Source: an uncultured candidate division WWE3 bacterium
Lineage (GTDB): Bacteria > Patescibacteriota > WWE3 > UBA101185 > UBA10185
Reading direction: 5' to 3'
DNA: 52,406 nt
Assembly (NCBI GenBank): GCA_903879985.1
Contig: CAIRNR010000007.1
Coordinates: 531,519-583,924 of the forward strand
Part shown: in pieces, positions 27,335 through 36,441 of the stretch
Numbering within the stretch: position 1 is the first letter of the stretch
Layout of the letters: each line of letters starts with the position of its first letter
Position numbers and translations under genes: made by a program
Notes under the pieces: generated by a model
Seen by the model: only the letters and a program-made list of their open reading frames with translations
Database searches by the model: none
Told to the model about the DNA's origin: nothing

Positions 27335-27436
27335 TGGTGTAATTATTTCGTTTATTATAGCAGAGTTGTCAATTTCTAATTATACTAGAGGCCCGAATGT
27401 AGAAATTACTATTGTAAGCTGTTAGTCTTTCTTCAA

Positions 27437-28324
27437 ATGCCTGCAACAAATTCAATAGAAGACACGTTTGTAGCTATCACCGATGATACTTATCCTAAAC
27501 TTTTGAAGGAAATTCCAAATCCACCTAAACTTTTATATTACAAAGGTAACTATAATAGTATGAATTTCGAAAATTGTTTAGGAATTGTGGGAAGTAGAAA
27601 AATGACTGAGTATGGTCGTGAGGTAATTAAGTATGTTTTGCAAACTCTAACTCATAGAAAAATTACTGTGGTTTCGGGCTTCACTTTTGGGGTAGACGCG
27701 TGTGTACACAGAACATGTTTGGAATTAGATATACCTACTATAGGGGTTTTTCCGGGCGGTTTGGATATTTGCCCCCACAGTAGCCTGTGCGATGTGTATG
27801 AACAATTAGTATACTCTGGCGGATTGGCGGTTTCGGAATTTGCTTGTGGTTTTCAACCACGGATTTGGAGTTTTCCTCGAAGAAATCGTATAGTTGCAGG
27901 CCTTTGTAAGGCACTATTGGTTGTAGAAGCAGCAAAAGACAGTGGCTCTTTAATTACATCCGGTTTTTCTCGTAAATTCGGACGAAAAGTGTTCGCAGTG
28001 CCTGGAAATATCTTTAGTGACACCTCTGTCGGCTGTAACGAGATATTGTCTACTTATGCGCAAGCAATGTACTCGAATATTACGATAAATCGCTTTTTTG
28101 AAATTTCGGGTGGTTTGGAAAAGTCAAAAGATACTTCTAAAAAAGTACGGGATCCCATTGAAAATAAAATTGTAAAATTACTTAGAGCCAGCCGCATGCC
28201 AATAGATGACATTTCTAAAATACTTGAATATGACATTGTGACTACTTCAAAATTACTAACGCTACTTACATTAAACGGAGAAATTACGGAAGAAGGAGGT
28301 TACTATTATGCTAGTAATCATTGA
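27437..28324 (+). CDS. dprA: DNA processing protein DprA (Smf)
   Basis: Rossmann-like DprA core GIVGSRKMTEYGR...VVSGFTFGVDACVHR...RNRIVAGL, plus a C-terminal winged-helix-like tail. Confidence 0.88.
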   Translation: MPATNSIEDTFVAITDDTYPKLLKEIPNPPKLLYYKGNYNSMNFENCLGIVGSRKMTEYGREVIKYVLQTLTHRKITVVSGFTFGVDACVHRTCLELDIPTIGVFPGGLDICPHSSLCDVYEQLVYSGGLAVSEFACGFQPRIWSFPRRNRIVAGLCKALLVVEAAKDSGSLITSGFSRKFGRKVFAVPGNIFSDTSVGCNEILSTYAQAMYSNITINRFFEISGGLEKSKDTSKKVRDPIENKIVKLLRASRMPIDDISKILEYDIVTTSKLLTLLTLNGEITEEGGYYYASNH

Positions 28325-29846
28325 TTCCGTGGCATTTGTTGGGCTTGATGTTGTAAAGGTACACGTTGAGGTAAATGTTTCTACCAGAGGACTTCCTAGT
28401 TTTGATATTGTTGGTCTGCCTGATAAGTCCGTAGGGGAAAGTAAGCATCGTATAAAGGCGGCTTTTCAAAATTCTAAATTAGATTTTCCCAATAAACGCA
28501 TAACTGTGAACTTGGCTCCTGCGGATATTCATAAAGAAGGTTCTTTCTATGATTTTCCTATTGCCGCAGGAATACTTTGTGCGTGTAAGGGTTTGCAACC
28601 TCCGGATAACAGCCTTTTTTTCGGTGAACTTTCCTTAAATGGTTCGTTAAATTCCACTCGTGGCGCATTTCTTTTATCTTTGTTCGCAAAAGAGAATAAT
28701 ATTAGCTGCATATTTTTACCTTCTAAGAATTGTCAGGAGGCGTGTTCTGTAGCAGACGTAAGAATATTCGGGATCGATTCAATAAATGCATTGGCGAGTC
28801 ATTTAGAGGGTCGGTTTAAAGTTGAACCTTATATAAAAAATCAAATTTCAGTAAACATCCAAAATTCTGTGCAGAATCAACCCACAGACTTTAAAGATAT
28901 TCTTGGCCAAGAATTTGCAAAGCGTGCTCTTCAGATTTGTGCGACAGGTGGGCATAATATATTACTATGCGGTCCTCCGGGGGCAGGAAAAAGTCTACTA
29001 GCCAATGCACTTATGTCTATAATGCCTCCACTTTCGGCAGATGAAAGTGTTGAAGTGACAAAAATATATTCATTGTTAGGATCTACTGCTAAAAGCAATT
29101 ATCTTATAACTGACAGGCCTTTTAGAAATCCCCATCACACAACATCTTATGGGGGTATGCTTGGTGGTGGTAATAGGTTATTGCCCGGTGAAATAACTTT
29201 GGCGCATAGAGGAATTCTTTTTTTAGACGAGTTGCTGGAATTCAATAAAAACGTACTAGAGGCTTTAAGAACGCCACTTGAGACAGGAAATATTACGCTA
29301 ATTCGCTGTAGAGGCAGCATAACTTTTCCTGCAAGTTTTATGCTTGTTGCGGCGTGCAATCCCTGTCCTTGTGGTTTTTACGGTGCGTTTAATAAAAAAT
29401 GCGTCTGTAGTTTAAGTCAGGTGCAAAATTATCAGCGTAGACTTTCAGGACCATTATTAGATAGAATTGACCTGTATGTAAACGTAAAGCCCGTTGAGCA
29501 GCAGAGGTTACTTGAGTTTGCTAACAACAATGAAAAGAATTCTGATTGTTATAAACAGCAAGTTATGTCTGCCAGAAATGTGCAAGAAAAACGATTTCAA
29601 GATTTATCCTTTAAAACTAATTCTCAAATGAAGGGAAAAGATGTTGCACAGTGGTGTAAACTTAGTAATTCTGTACAAGGTCTAATGAAAATGGCAGTTA
29701 TGCACTTTGGACTTTCTGCGCGAGGATATTTTAAAGTGATAAAAGTTGCTAGAACAATAGCCGACTTAGACTGTAAGGACGCCATTCTCGAAGAACACGT
29801 AGCCGAAGCGTTGCAGTACAGAATCAAAACACTTGAATTGAAATAA
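28308..29846 (+). CDS. comM: ComM/YifB Mg-chelatase-like AAA+ ATPase
   Basis: N-terminal Lon-like domain (ITVNLAPADIHKEGSFYDFPIA), Walker A GPPGAGKS, Walker B ILFLDEL, and a Cys-rich insert CNPCPCG. It overlaps dprA by 17 nt and is preceded by AGGAGG. Confidence 0.9.
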   Translation: MLVIIDSVAFVGLDVVKVHVEVNVSTRGLPSFDIVGLPDKSVGESKHRIKAAFQNSKLDFPNKRITVNLAPADIHKEGSFYDFPIAAGILCACKGLQPPDNSLFFGELSLNGSLNSTRGAFLLSLFAKENNISCIFLPSKNCQEACSVADVRIFGIDSINALASHLEGRFKVEPYIKNQISVNIQNSVQNQPTDFKDILGQEFAKRALQICATGGHNILLCGPPGAGKSLLANALMSIMPPLSADESVEVTKIYSLLGSTAKSNYLITDRPFRNPHHTTSYGGMLGGGNRLLPGEITLAHRGILFLDELLEFNKNVLEALRTPLETGNITLIRCRGSITFPASFMLVAACNPCPCGFYGAFNKKCVCSLSQVQNYQRRLSGPLLDRIDLYVNVKPVEQQRLLEFANNNEKNSDCYKQQVMSARNVQEKRFQDLSFKTNSQMKGKDVAQWCKLSNSVQGLMKMAVMHFGLSARGYFKVIKVARTIADLDCKDAILEEHVAEALQYRIKTLELK

Positions 29847-29849
29847 TAA

Positions 29850-30167
29850 ATGTTGTATAGTCCAAACGTTATGATGCTAGAGAAAGTTTCCAAAGCTTTA
29901 TCCGATAAAAATAGATTAAAAATTATCCAGTTCTTGAGTTCTGGTCAGAAAAATGTCAGTGAAGTTGCTGATAGATTAAATGTTGAAGAAAACTTAGCCT
30001 CGCATCATCTTAGAGTTTTAGCATCACTTGGTTTTTTGAAGAATGATAAAAAAGGAAGAGAAGTATTCTACAAAATAAACGAGACAAAACTTATCGCTTT
30101 AATAAAAGATATAAGTAAAAATGCTGTTTTCAAGGATTTGTTACTTAAGGCTATGGAAGAAGAATAA
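29850..30167 (+). CDS. ArsR/SmtB family winged-helix transcriptional regulator
   Basis: LSDKNRLKIIQFLSSGQKNVSEVADRLNVEENLASHHLRVLASLGFL is the classic ArsR HTH pattern. The gene starts 3 nt after the comM stop. Confidence 0.85.
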   Translation: MLYSPNVMMLEKVSKALSDKNRLKIIQFLSSGQKNVSEVADRLNVEENLASHHLRVLASLGFLKNDKKGREVFYKINETKLIALIKDISKNAVFKDLLLKAMEEE

Positions 30168-30347
30168 TATTGGTAGTGTATTTTTTTTAGCTTCTTGTTT
30201 GCGTTTATTGTGCGGTAATTAAATATACAATGTTGTTTAAGCAACAAATAGTGGTTGAATTCTTGCGGTAATTGTTGCCAATACGTTTTCTACTTTACAT
30301 AGATAAATTTCCCTAGAAAAAAGTTGAAATAACAAATATAAGTAACT

Positions 30348-31031
30348 GTGCTTATTTTTCAGTCGGAAGAATTTAAAGAACTTCTCTTAAAAAACTTAGT
30401 GTACATCTTAGCCGCTTGCTTGGTTCTTGGCGGGGGACTTGGATTTATATTGACTAAGCAGTATTTAAACACAAATTGTAATCTTTCATTACCAACAAAA
30501 ACAGCCGAGGAACCTGTTAAAAATATTAAAATAGATTTATCCGGTGCTGTTAAAAAACCGGGTGTTTATGAAGTACAAAGTAATTCCAGAGTAGGCGATG
30601 TAATTATTTTAGGCGGCGGTTTTACAAGTGATGCCAGTTCAGAGTGGGTATCGAAAAATATTAATCTGTCTAAAACATTGGTTGATTCAGCAAAAATATA
30701 TATTCCTTTTGAATGGGAGATTTTTGAGAACTTTACATATGAATTAATTCCTTTAATAGGTGACAAAGTTTTACAATCCAGTTCGAGTTCTACAACCCAG
30801 GCCACTAATAGTGCAAATACTTCTGGTACAACAACTAATAATGATTCTGTTATCACGGTAAATGTAAACACTGCCAGTCTAAGTGATTTGGACGCACTTT
30901 CAGGAATAGGGCCTGCATATGCACAAAAAATAATTGATAACAGACCTTACTCAAATTTCGACGAATTCAAAACTAATTCCAAAATACCCCAGACTACTGC
31001 AGATAATTTAAAAGATAAAATATCTTTTTGA
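30348..31031 (+). CDS. comEA: ComEA DNA receptor (TM anchor, SLBB-like domain, helix-hairpin-helix)
   Basis: GTG start and an N-terminal TM. C-terminal HhH motif VNVNTASLSDLDALSGIGPAYAQKIIDNRPY. Confidence 0.85.
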   Translation: MLIFQSEEFKELLLKNLVYILAACLVLGGGLGFILTKQYLNTNCNLSLPTKTAEEPVKNIKIDLSGAVKKPGVYEVQSNSRVGDVIILGGGFTSDASSEWVSKNINLSKTLVDSAKIYIPFEWEIFENFTYELIPLIGDKVLQSSSSSTTQATNSANTSGTTTNNDSVITVNVNTASLSDLDALSGIGPAYAQKIIDNRPYSNFDEFKTNSKIPQTTADNLKDKISF

Positions 31032-31032
31032 C

Positions 31033-32034
31033 ATGAAATATTATGGTTTTTTAATTTTACTTAGCTTGCTGGCCTTTTATAGAATTTATACTTTCTGTGG
31101 CCTAAGTGCTAGCCATAGTGTATGTCTAGAACCTCAGTATTCAAGCAAAGAACCCGATATTTTTACAGGTATTCGTGAGCGTTTTAAAAATATTGTTGAG
31201 GAATCTTTGCCAAGCCCTTCCAGCGAACTTTTGTTGGGAATGACAATTGGTATGGATGAACTTGCGCAGTTACCTCTATTTAAGCAAGCATTGAAAACCA
31301 CAGGTACCATTCATGTAGTTGTTGTTTCCGGATTTAATATAAGTTTGGTTTTTGGCATGGTTACAGGACTTTTGGGTTCTAAATATAAGCTGAAAAACCT
31401 GCTTATTGCTCAAGTTGTCACATTGTTTTATGCGCTACTTAGCGGATTCAATCCTCCCGTGATACGTGCATGGATAATGGGTTCTACGGCGGCTTGGGGT
31501 AAGTACTATGGCCGTATGATCGACGGATTACGTCTACTATTTTTTAGTGGTTTGGTTATGGTTATAATTAGTCCTCTTCAGTTGTTCAGTCTAAGTTTTC
31601 AGTTGAGTTTTTTGGCGACACTCAGCCTAATTTTGTACGGGGGATTTTTTTCAAAGATATTTCCTCGTTTTTCAGACTTAGCGTCTACGTTGTCTGCGCA
31701 GGTTCTAGTTTGGCCCTTGATTTCATATAGCTTTGGTACGGTAAGTTTGATCAGTCCTTTAGTTAACATGCTAATTCTTTGGACTGTGCCTATTAGCACG
31801 GTCTTTGGTGGTATTTTACTTTTGGCAGGATTAATCAATATTTGGTTGAGTAGGTTAGTAGGTATTTTTTTATTCCCGTTTTTGGATTTTTTTGCCCAAA
31901 TAGTTATTTATTTTTCTCGATTAGATTTTTCTTTGGTTAACTTTGAAATCAGTCTAAGGTTTTTAGCTGTTTACTACGTAGTGATGCTATTACTTGGGTT
32001 TAAATTTGAGAAATTTTTTAGCGCACATAAATGA
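31033..32034 (+). CDS. comEC: ComEC/Rec2 competence-channel membrane domain (N-terminal part of a split ComEC)
   Basis: Polytopic protein with the competence-domain pattern (TGTIHVVVVSGFNISLV...). It ends in an ATGA overlap with the next ORF. Confidence 0.8.
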   Translation: MKYYGFLILLSLLAFYRIYTFCGLSASHSVCLEPQYSSKEPDIFTGIRERFKNIVEESLPSPSSELLLGMTIGMDELAQLPLFKQALKTTGTIHVVVVSGFNISLVFGMVTGLLGSKYKLKNLLIAQVVTLFYALLSGFNPPVIRAWIMGSTAAWGKYYGRMIDGLRLLFFSGLVMVIISPLQLFSLSFQLSFLATLSLILYGGFFSKIFPRFSDLASTLSAQVLVWPLISYSFGTVSLISPLVNMLILWTVPISTVFGGILLLAGLINIWLSRLVGIFLFPFLDFFAQIVIYFSRLDFSLVNFEISLRFLAVYYVVMLLLGFKFEKFFSAHK

Positions 32035-32855
32035 CCAAGTTCAGATTTTTAGCTTTTATAGTTTGTTACTATTTGATGCGGTTTATATTGCAAGGTGGTA
32101 CTTCTAACGGACGTGATTATTTTATAGACTTTCTTAATGTAGGGCAGGGGGATGCACTTTTAGTTAGGACGCCGCACAATAAAGTATTAATAGACGCCGG
32201 TCCGGATAATTCGCTTAGTTATGAATTATCAAATTATTTTTGGAATCCTTTTTGTAGTTTTGATTTTGGTTTTGTCACGCATGCTCATGCGGATCACTAC
32301 TACGGATTTACCAGAATTGCCAAACTATGTCAGCCAAAATTGATTACGTTTAACGACGTTGACCAACTCCAAACTAGCTCGCAGGTATTTAACCAATTAC
32401 TGCAGGAAAATAAAATTAATAAAACTTTTTTAGGCGACGAATATTTTTTTGATGGTGTAAGGATAAAAATTTTGTATCCAAGAAGTCCACAAGATTTAAA
32501 TTTGCATCATAATGATTTGAATTTTAACTCTGTTGTGATGTTGCTGGAATATGGGGATTTTGAAGCATTGCTTTTAGGCGACGCTCAAAAAGAGACTTTA
32601 GCTACAATAAATTGGGATGATATCAAGTCGCAAATCAAGCTACCATTGGAGGTTATAAAGGTAGCGCATCACGGGGCAATCAACGGGTTCTACTTGCCAA
32701 TGTATGACACACTTAAGCCCCTTTATTGTGTAATTTCGGTAGGGAAGGACAATACTTTTGGGCACCCAAACCCTGATGTGGTGCAACAGCTGGAGAGTAG
32801 TGGTTGTACAGTGTTACGTACGGATGTTAAGGGAACCATTGAGATGAAGCTCTAG
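32031..32855 (+). CDS. comEC: ComEC C-terminal metallo-beta-lactamase domain encoded as a separate ORF
   Basis: One TM, then DFLNVGQGDALLV, HAHADHYYG and VAHHG, the MBL motifs of the ComEC nuclease domain. Confidence 0.8.
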   Translation: MTKFRFLAFIVCYYLMRFILQGGTSNGRDYFIDFLNVGQGDALLVRTPHNKVLIDAGPDNSLSYELSNYFWNPFCSFDFGFVTHAHADHYYGFTRIAKLCQPKLITFNDVDQLQTSSQVFNQLLQENKINKTFLGDEYFFDGVRIKILYPRSPQDLNLHHNDLNFNSVVMLLEYGDFEALLLGDAQKETLATINWDDIKSQIKLPLEVIKVAHHGAINGFYLPMYDTLKPLYCVISVGKDNTFGHPNPDVVQQLESSGCTVLRTDVKGTIEMKL

Positions 32856-32950
32856 CGGCGTGGCATGAGAGGTGTTTAATCGCCCTAGTGGCGTGGCACG
32901 GGAGGTGTTTAATCGCCCTAGCGACGCAACACCGTAGGTGTTATCATAAC
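32852..32950 (+). repeat. 33-nt tandem repeat, two near-identical units plus one degenerate unit, in the comEC-argS spacer
   Basis: Unit 1 is CTAGCGGCGTGGCATGAGAGGTGTTTAATCGCC (32852-32884). Unit 2 is CTAGTGGCGTGGCACGGGAGGTGTTTAATCGCC (32885-32917), with 3 mismatches. Unit 3 is CTAGCGACGCAACACCGTAGGTGTT... (32918-). A related GGCGTGGNATGAGA recurs at 37724-37738. Confidence 0.85.
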
Positions 32951-32958
32951 GTTAAATT

Positions 32959-34683
32959 ATGGATACCACTACCCTACTTTCGCAGAAAATTAAAGAGGCC
33001 GTGGAAAAGCTTTATAACGTAAAGCTAGAAACCGTAGTTATTGAGGTACCTGAAAACGAACAATTTGGAGATTTTTCTACAAACGTAGCACTTACAATTA
33101 CCAAGCAATTAAAAAAAGTTCCATTTGATATTGCATCAGAACTTGCGATGGAACTTTCAAGTTATGATATGAAATCTTTTGCTAAGGTAGAAGCCATAAG
33201 ACCTGGGTTTATTAACTTTAAGCTCTCAAAAAACTACCTACTCTCTAATATGTGCACTATTTTGCAGGAAAAGGATTCCTATGGTTCAAGCAAGATTGGT
33301 GGGGGGAGAAATGTCATAGTGGAGTATTCACAACCTAACCCAAACAAACCCATGCATATCGGTCATTCTTTAAATAACTTTTTAGGCAGTTCCTTGGCGC
33401 AAATAATGGAATTTATGGGCTATAAAGTCTTAAAAGCAAATTATATGAATGATTGGGGCACACACATTGTTAAATCCATGTTGATGTACAAAAAATATGG
33501 TAACGGCGCGGAACCAAATGAAAAATCTGATCACTTTGTGGGTAAATTTTATGTTATGTACGAGCAAGAACTTGAAAAGAACAAGGAATTAGCCGACGAA
33601 CTAGCCGATATGTTTAGAAAAATGGAGAGTTTGGATCCAGAGGTTTTGGAATTGTGGAAAAAGATCACTAATTGGGTTTATACAGGTTGGGAACAAACTT
33701 ACAGAGACGAAAACGTAAAATTTGATACCTGGTTTTATCAACATGATTATCGTGAAAGTGGAAAAGAAGTTGTGGCTGCTGCATTGGAGAAGGGTATTGC
33801 TGAAAAAGATCCTACCGGTGCCGTTATAGCGCGTTTAGAAAAATATGGAATTCCAGATAAGGTTTTGCTCAGAAGTGATGGCACTTCTATCTACTCTACA
33901 CAGGATTTACAACTGGCAAAAGATAATTACGAAAAATATCACTTTGATAAAAGATTGTACGTTGTAGATGCGCGACAATCAGATTATTTTAAACAAATCT
34001 TTAAAATTACTGAAATATTGGGATTTGAATTTGCAAATAAATTGCACCATGTAGCGTACGGTTTTGTTTCATTGCCTGAAGGAAAAGTTTCATCACGAAA
34101 GGGTACAACTGTAAATGCTGATGAAGTTTTTAGAAGGCTATGTGAGCTTGAGCGCGGTGAAATTACCGGAAGTGTAAAAGGTGCCGCTGGTAGTGACGAA
34201 ACAATAAGGCGAGTGGCTTTAGCAGCTTACAGGTATGCATTATTAAAGGTAGATCCTGCACAAGATATTATTTTTAACTACGAAAAGGTGACAAAGTTTG
34301 ATGGAAACACAGGACCATATATTTTATATACATATGCGCGTGCCAATTCTGTTATGGAAAAGGCTGGCTATATGGATGAGACCCTTGAAGAATTCAAATG
34401 GAATAGTGTTGAGCTAGATGCTAAAGAAGAAGCTTTGCTTAGAATTTTAACCAGATTTGGCGCCGTTGTGGAGAATGCCTGTAATAGTTTTTCTCCAAAC
34501 TTTATTGCTAACTACATTTATGATGTTGCCCAAAAATTTAATTCTTTTTATTCTGCTTGCCCAATTTTAGACGCACCAACGCCTGATAAAAAAATGTTGA
34601 GATTAGTTTTAACAAAGGCGGCCTCACAGGTTATAAAGAATGGATTAGCACTCTTGGTTATAGATGTAGTAGAGAAGATGTAA
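32959..34683 (+). CDS. argS: arginine--tRNA ligase
   Basis: Class I HIGH motif in SQPNPNKPMHIGHSLN. ArgRS-type N-terminal domain and C-terminal DALR-like anticodon-binding domain (the last residues are ...VVEKM). Confidence 0.9.
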   Translation: MDTTTLLSQKIKEAVEKLYNVKLETVVIEVPENEQFGDFSTNVALTITKQLKKVPFDIASELAMELSSYDMKSFAKVEAIRPGFINFKLSKNYLLSNMCTILQEKDSYGSSKIGGGRNVIVEYSQPNPNKPMHIGHSLNNFLGSSLAQIMEFMGYKVLKANYMNDWGTHIVKSMLMYKKYGNGAEPNEKSDHFVGKFYVMYEQELEKNKELADELADMFRKMESLDPEVLELWKKITNWVYTGWEQTYRDENVKFDTWFYQHDYRESGKEVVAAALEKGIAEKDPTGAVIARLEKYGIPDKVLLRSDGTSIYSTQDLQLAKDNYEKYHFDKRLYVVDARQSDYFKQIFKITEILGFEFANKLHHVAYGFVSLPEGKVSSRKGTTVNADEVFRRLCELERGEITGSVKGAAGSDETIRRVALAAYRYALLKVDPAQDIIFNYEKVTKFDGNTGPYILYTYARANSVMEKAGYMDETLEEFKWNSVELDAKEEALLRILTRFGAVVENACNSFSPNFIANYIYDVAQKFNSFYSACPILDAPTPDKKMLRLVLTKAASQVIKNGLALLVIDVVEKM

Positions 34684-34736
34684 TTTTGCTTCCTTGCGTA
34701 GCGTCCAGGCATTTAAGCTGATAGAATTATACTGTA

Positions 34737-35813
34737 ATGGCTAAACATAGTTCCTCCTCAAGTAGTAAGTCCCTCTTTGGGCGCGCAATGCGTTCTATAC
34801 TGGGCATCACTGTTTTAAGTGCGCTCGTTTTAGGTATCACACTTGGCATTCGCGCCACATATAATTTAAACACACTTGAAGTTGCACAAATATCTAACTC
34901 AATATTGGGAAAATTGGGCGTACCGGTTAAAGATTCTCGGGTAGGTGAGGTTGCAGGAAAATTTGTTGAAAGAATTTCTCAAACGGATATCGGAATGGGT
35001 GTTTCAACTATCAGAACAGAAGAGGCAAGTGCCAGTGCAAGCGATTCTTCTAGTAAGGACGTTAAATTTAAAGTAGCAGTATTTTCAGATATTCACGAAG
35101 ACACACAAAATCTCTCAAAAGCTTTAGACTTAGCTATCAGCAATAAGGTTGCCGCGATATTCATATTAGGAGATTTAACAAACTTCGGAGATATTCCAAC
35201 TCTTCAAATGATAAAGAAACAACTTGATGCCAGTGGAGTGACTTATTACACTATACCTGGAGATCACGATATAGCTCAGACTTCCAGCTTAGAAAACTTT
35301 TCTCAAGTATTTGGTAGCAATTATCAAAAGGTTGCTTTAGACGGCTATACATTTTTACTTGTAGATAACAGTCCTAATTACACAAAGCTTCCTCCTGTAG
35401 AAATATCTTGGATTGATAACAACATAACTTCTGCCGACTATATTTTTCTTTCGCAACCACTATTTGTTGATGGGTTAAACCCTCCGTTTAATCGTATGTA
35501 CATGGGATCTACACAAAGCGCTCCTGAAACTGACCAGCTAAAACAAAAGCAGCTGGATGTTAGAGATCAAGGTACGTTATTGCTTGGCCTAATCAGAGAT
35601 ACTAAAAATGTAAAAGCTGTAATTGCAGGTGACCAACATATGTCTAGTGAACTGGCTGATTCAAAACGCGCAGATTTAAAACACTACGTAGTTGGTGCAA
35701 TTACAGATAAAGTAGATTCCTATCCTCAAAAGATAATTCAATCCTCACGAATTTCTATCTTGAATATATACACAGACGGCACCTACGACCTCAACGATTT
35801 GCCCTTGAATTAA
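34737..35813 (+). CDS. membrane-anchored calcineurin-like metallophosphoesterase
   Basis: N-terminal TM. Motifs VAVFSDIHED, GDLTNFG, PGDHD and AGDQH. Confidence 0.8.
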   Translation: MAKHSSSSSSKSLFGRAMRSILGITVLSALVLGITLGIRATYNLNTLEVAQISNSILGKLGVPVKDSRVGEVAGKFVERISQTDIGMGVSTIRTEEASASASDSSSKDVKFKVAVFSDIHEDTQNLSKALDLAISNKVAAIFILGDLTNFGDIPTLQMIKKQLDASGVTYYTIPGDHDIAQTSSLENFSQVFGSNYQKVALDGYTFLLVDNSPNYTKLPPVEISWIDNNITSADYIFLSQPLFVDGLNPPFNRMYMGSTQSAPETDQLKQKQLDVRDQGTLLLGLIRDTKNVKAVIAGDQHMSSELADSKRADLKHYVVGAITDKVDSYPQKIIQSSRISILNIYTDGTYDLNDLPLN

Positions 35814-35857
35814 AGTTAAAGCTAGACTTAGAACCCCTAATTTGTTATAAATATTCA

Positions 35858-36439
35858 ATGATTCAAAGATCCTTAGTATTAATGAAACCAGACGCAGTTA
35901 AACGCGGAATAGTTGGTGAAGTCTTACATAGATTTGAACGCTCAGGCCTTAAAATGGTTGCTGTTAAACTTACACAAGCTGACGAAAAGCTTGCTGTAGC
36001 TCATTATCCAAACTCAAATGAATGGAAACAAAAAGTTGGTCAAAGAACAATTGATGACTGCTTAAAATATGGAATTGATTTAATGGCCAATATGGGTACA
36101 ACTGATCCTATTGAGGTAGGGGCAATTGTTAAACAATGGAACGTAGACTTTTTAATGTCAGGTCCTGTCTTAGCCATTGTTTTCGAAGGTGTTAATTCTG
36201 TTGAACGCATAAGAAGTTTAGTTGGTGAAACTATTCCTGTTAAAGCCGCTCCAGGCACAATACGAGGTGATTTTTCTTTAGACTCAGCAATTGCTGCAAA
36301 CAGAAGAAAAAGAACTGTATACAACTTAATTCATGCATCAGGTTCTCCAGAAGAAGCTGTAGAGGAAATCAAACTCTGGTTTAAAGCTGACGAAATTCTC
36401 TCTTACAGAAGAGTTCACGAAGATTTATACTTATACTAA
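35858..36439 (+). CDS. ndk: nucleoside-diphosphate kinase with a ~45-aa internal insertion
   Basis: Motifs RSLVLMKPDAV and TIRGDF, with the catalytic His in NLIHASGS. An extra segment (NSNEWKQKVG...WNVDF) sits between the HY and LMSGPV motifs when compared with E. coli Ndk from memory. Confidence 0.85.
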   Translation: MIQRSLVLMKPDAVKRGIVGEVLHRFERSGLKMVAVKLTQADEKLAVAHYPNSNEWKQKVGQRTIDDCLKYGIDLMANMGTTDPIEVGAIVKQWNVDFLMSGPVLAIVFEGVNSVERIRSLVGETIPVKAAPGTIRGDFSLDSAIAANRRKRTVYNLIHASGSPEEAVEEIKLWFKADEILSYRRVHEDLYLY

Positions 36440-36441
36440 GT

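Noticed and set aside
32028-32037. Split comEC as a frameshift pseudogene
   Set aside because: The junction is a clean ATGA overlap at a natural inter-domain boundary. Both halves keep long intact ORFs and motifs, so I treated it as a genuine split. Only read-level data can exclude a sequencing frameshift.
32852-32958. T-box leader or CRISPR array as explanations for the repeats upstream of argS
   Set aside because: The spacer is only ~100 nt and lacks the T-box core (GGTGGTACCGCG-like) and a specifier/terminator architecture. The units are directly adjacent with no spacers and only ~2.7 copies, so this is not a CRISPR array.
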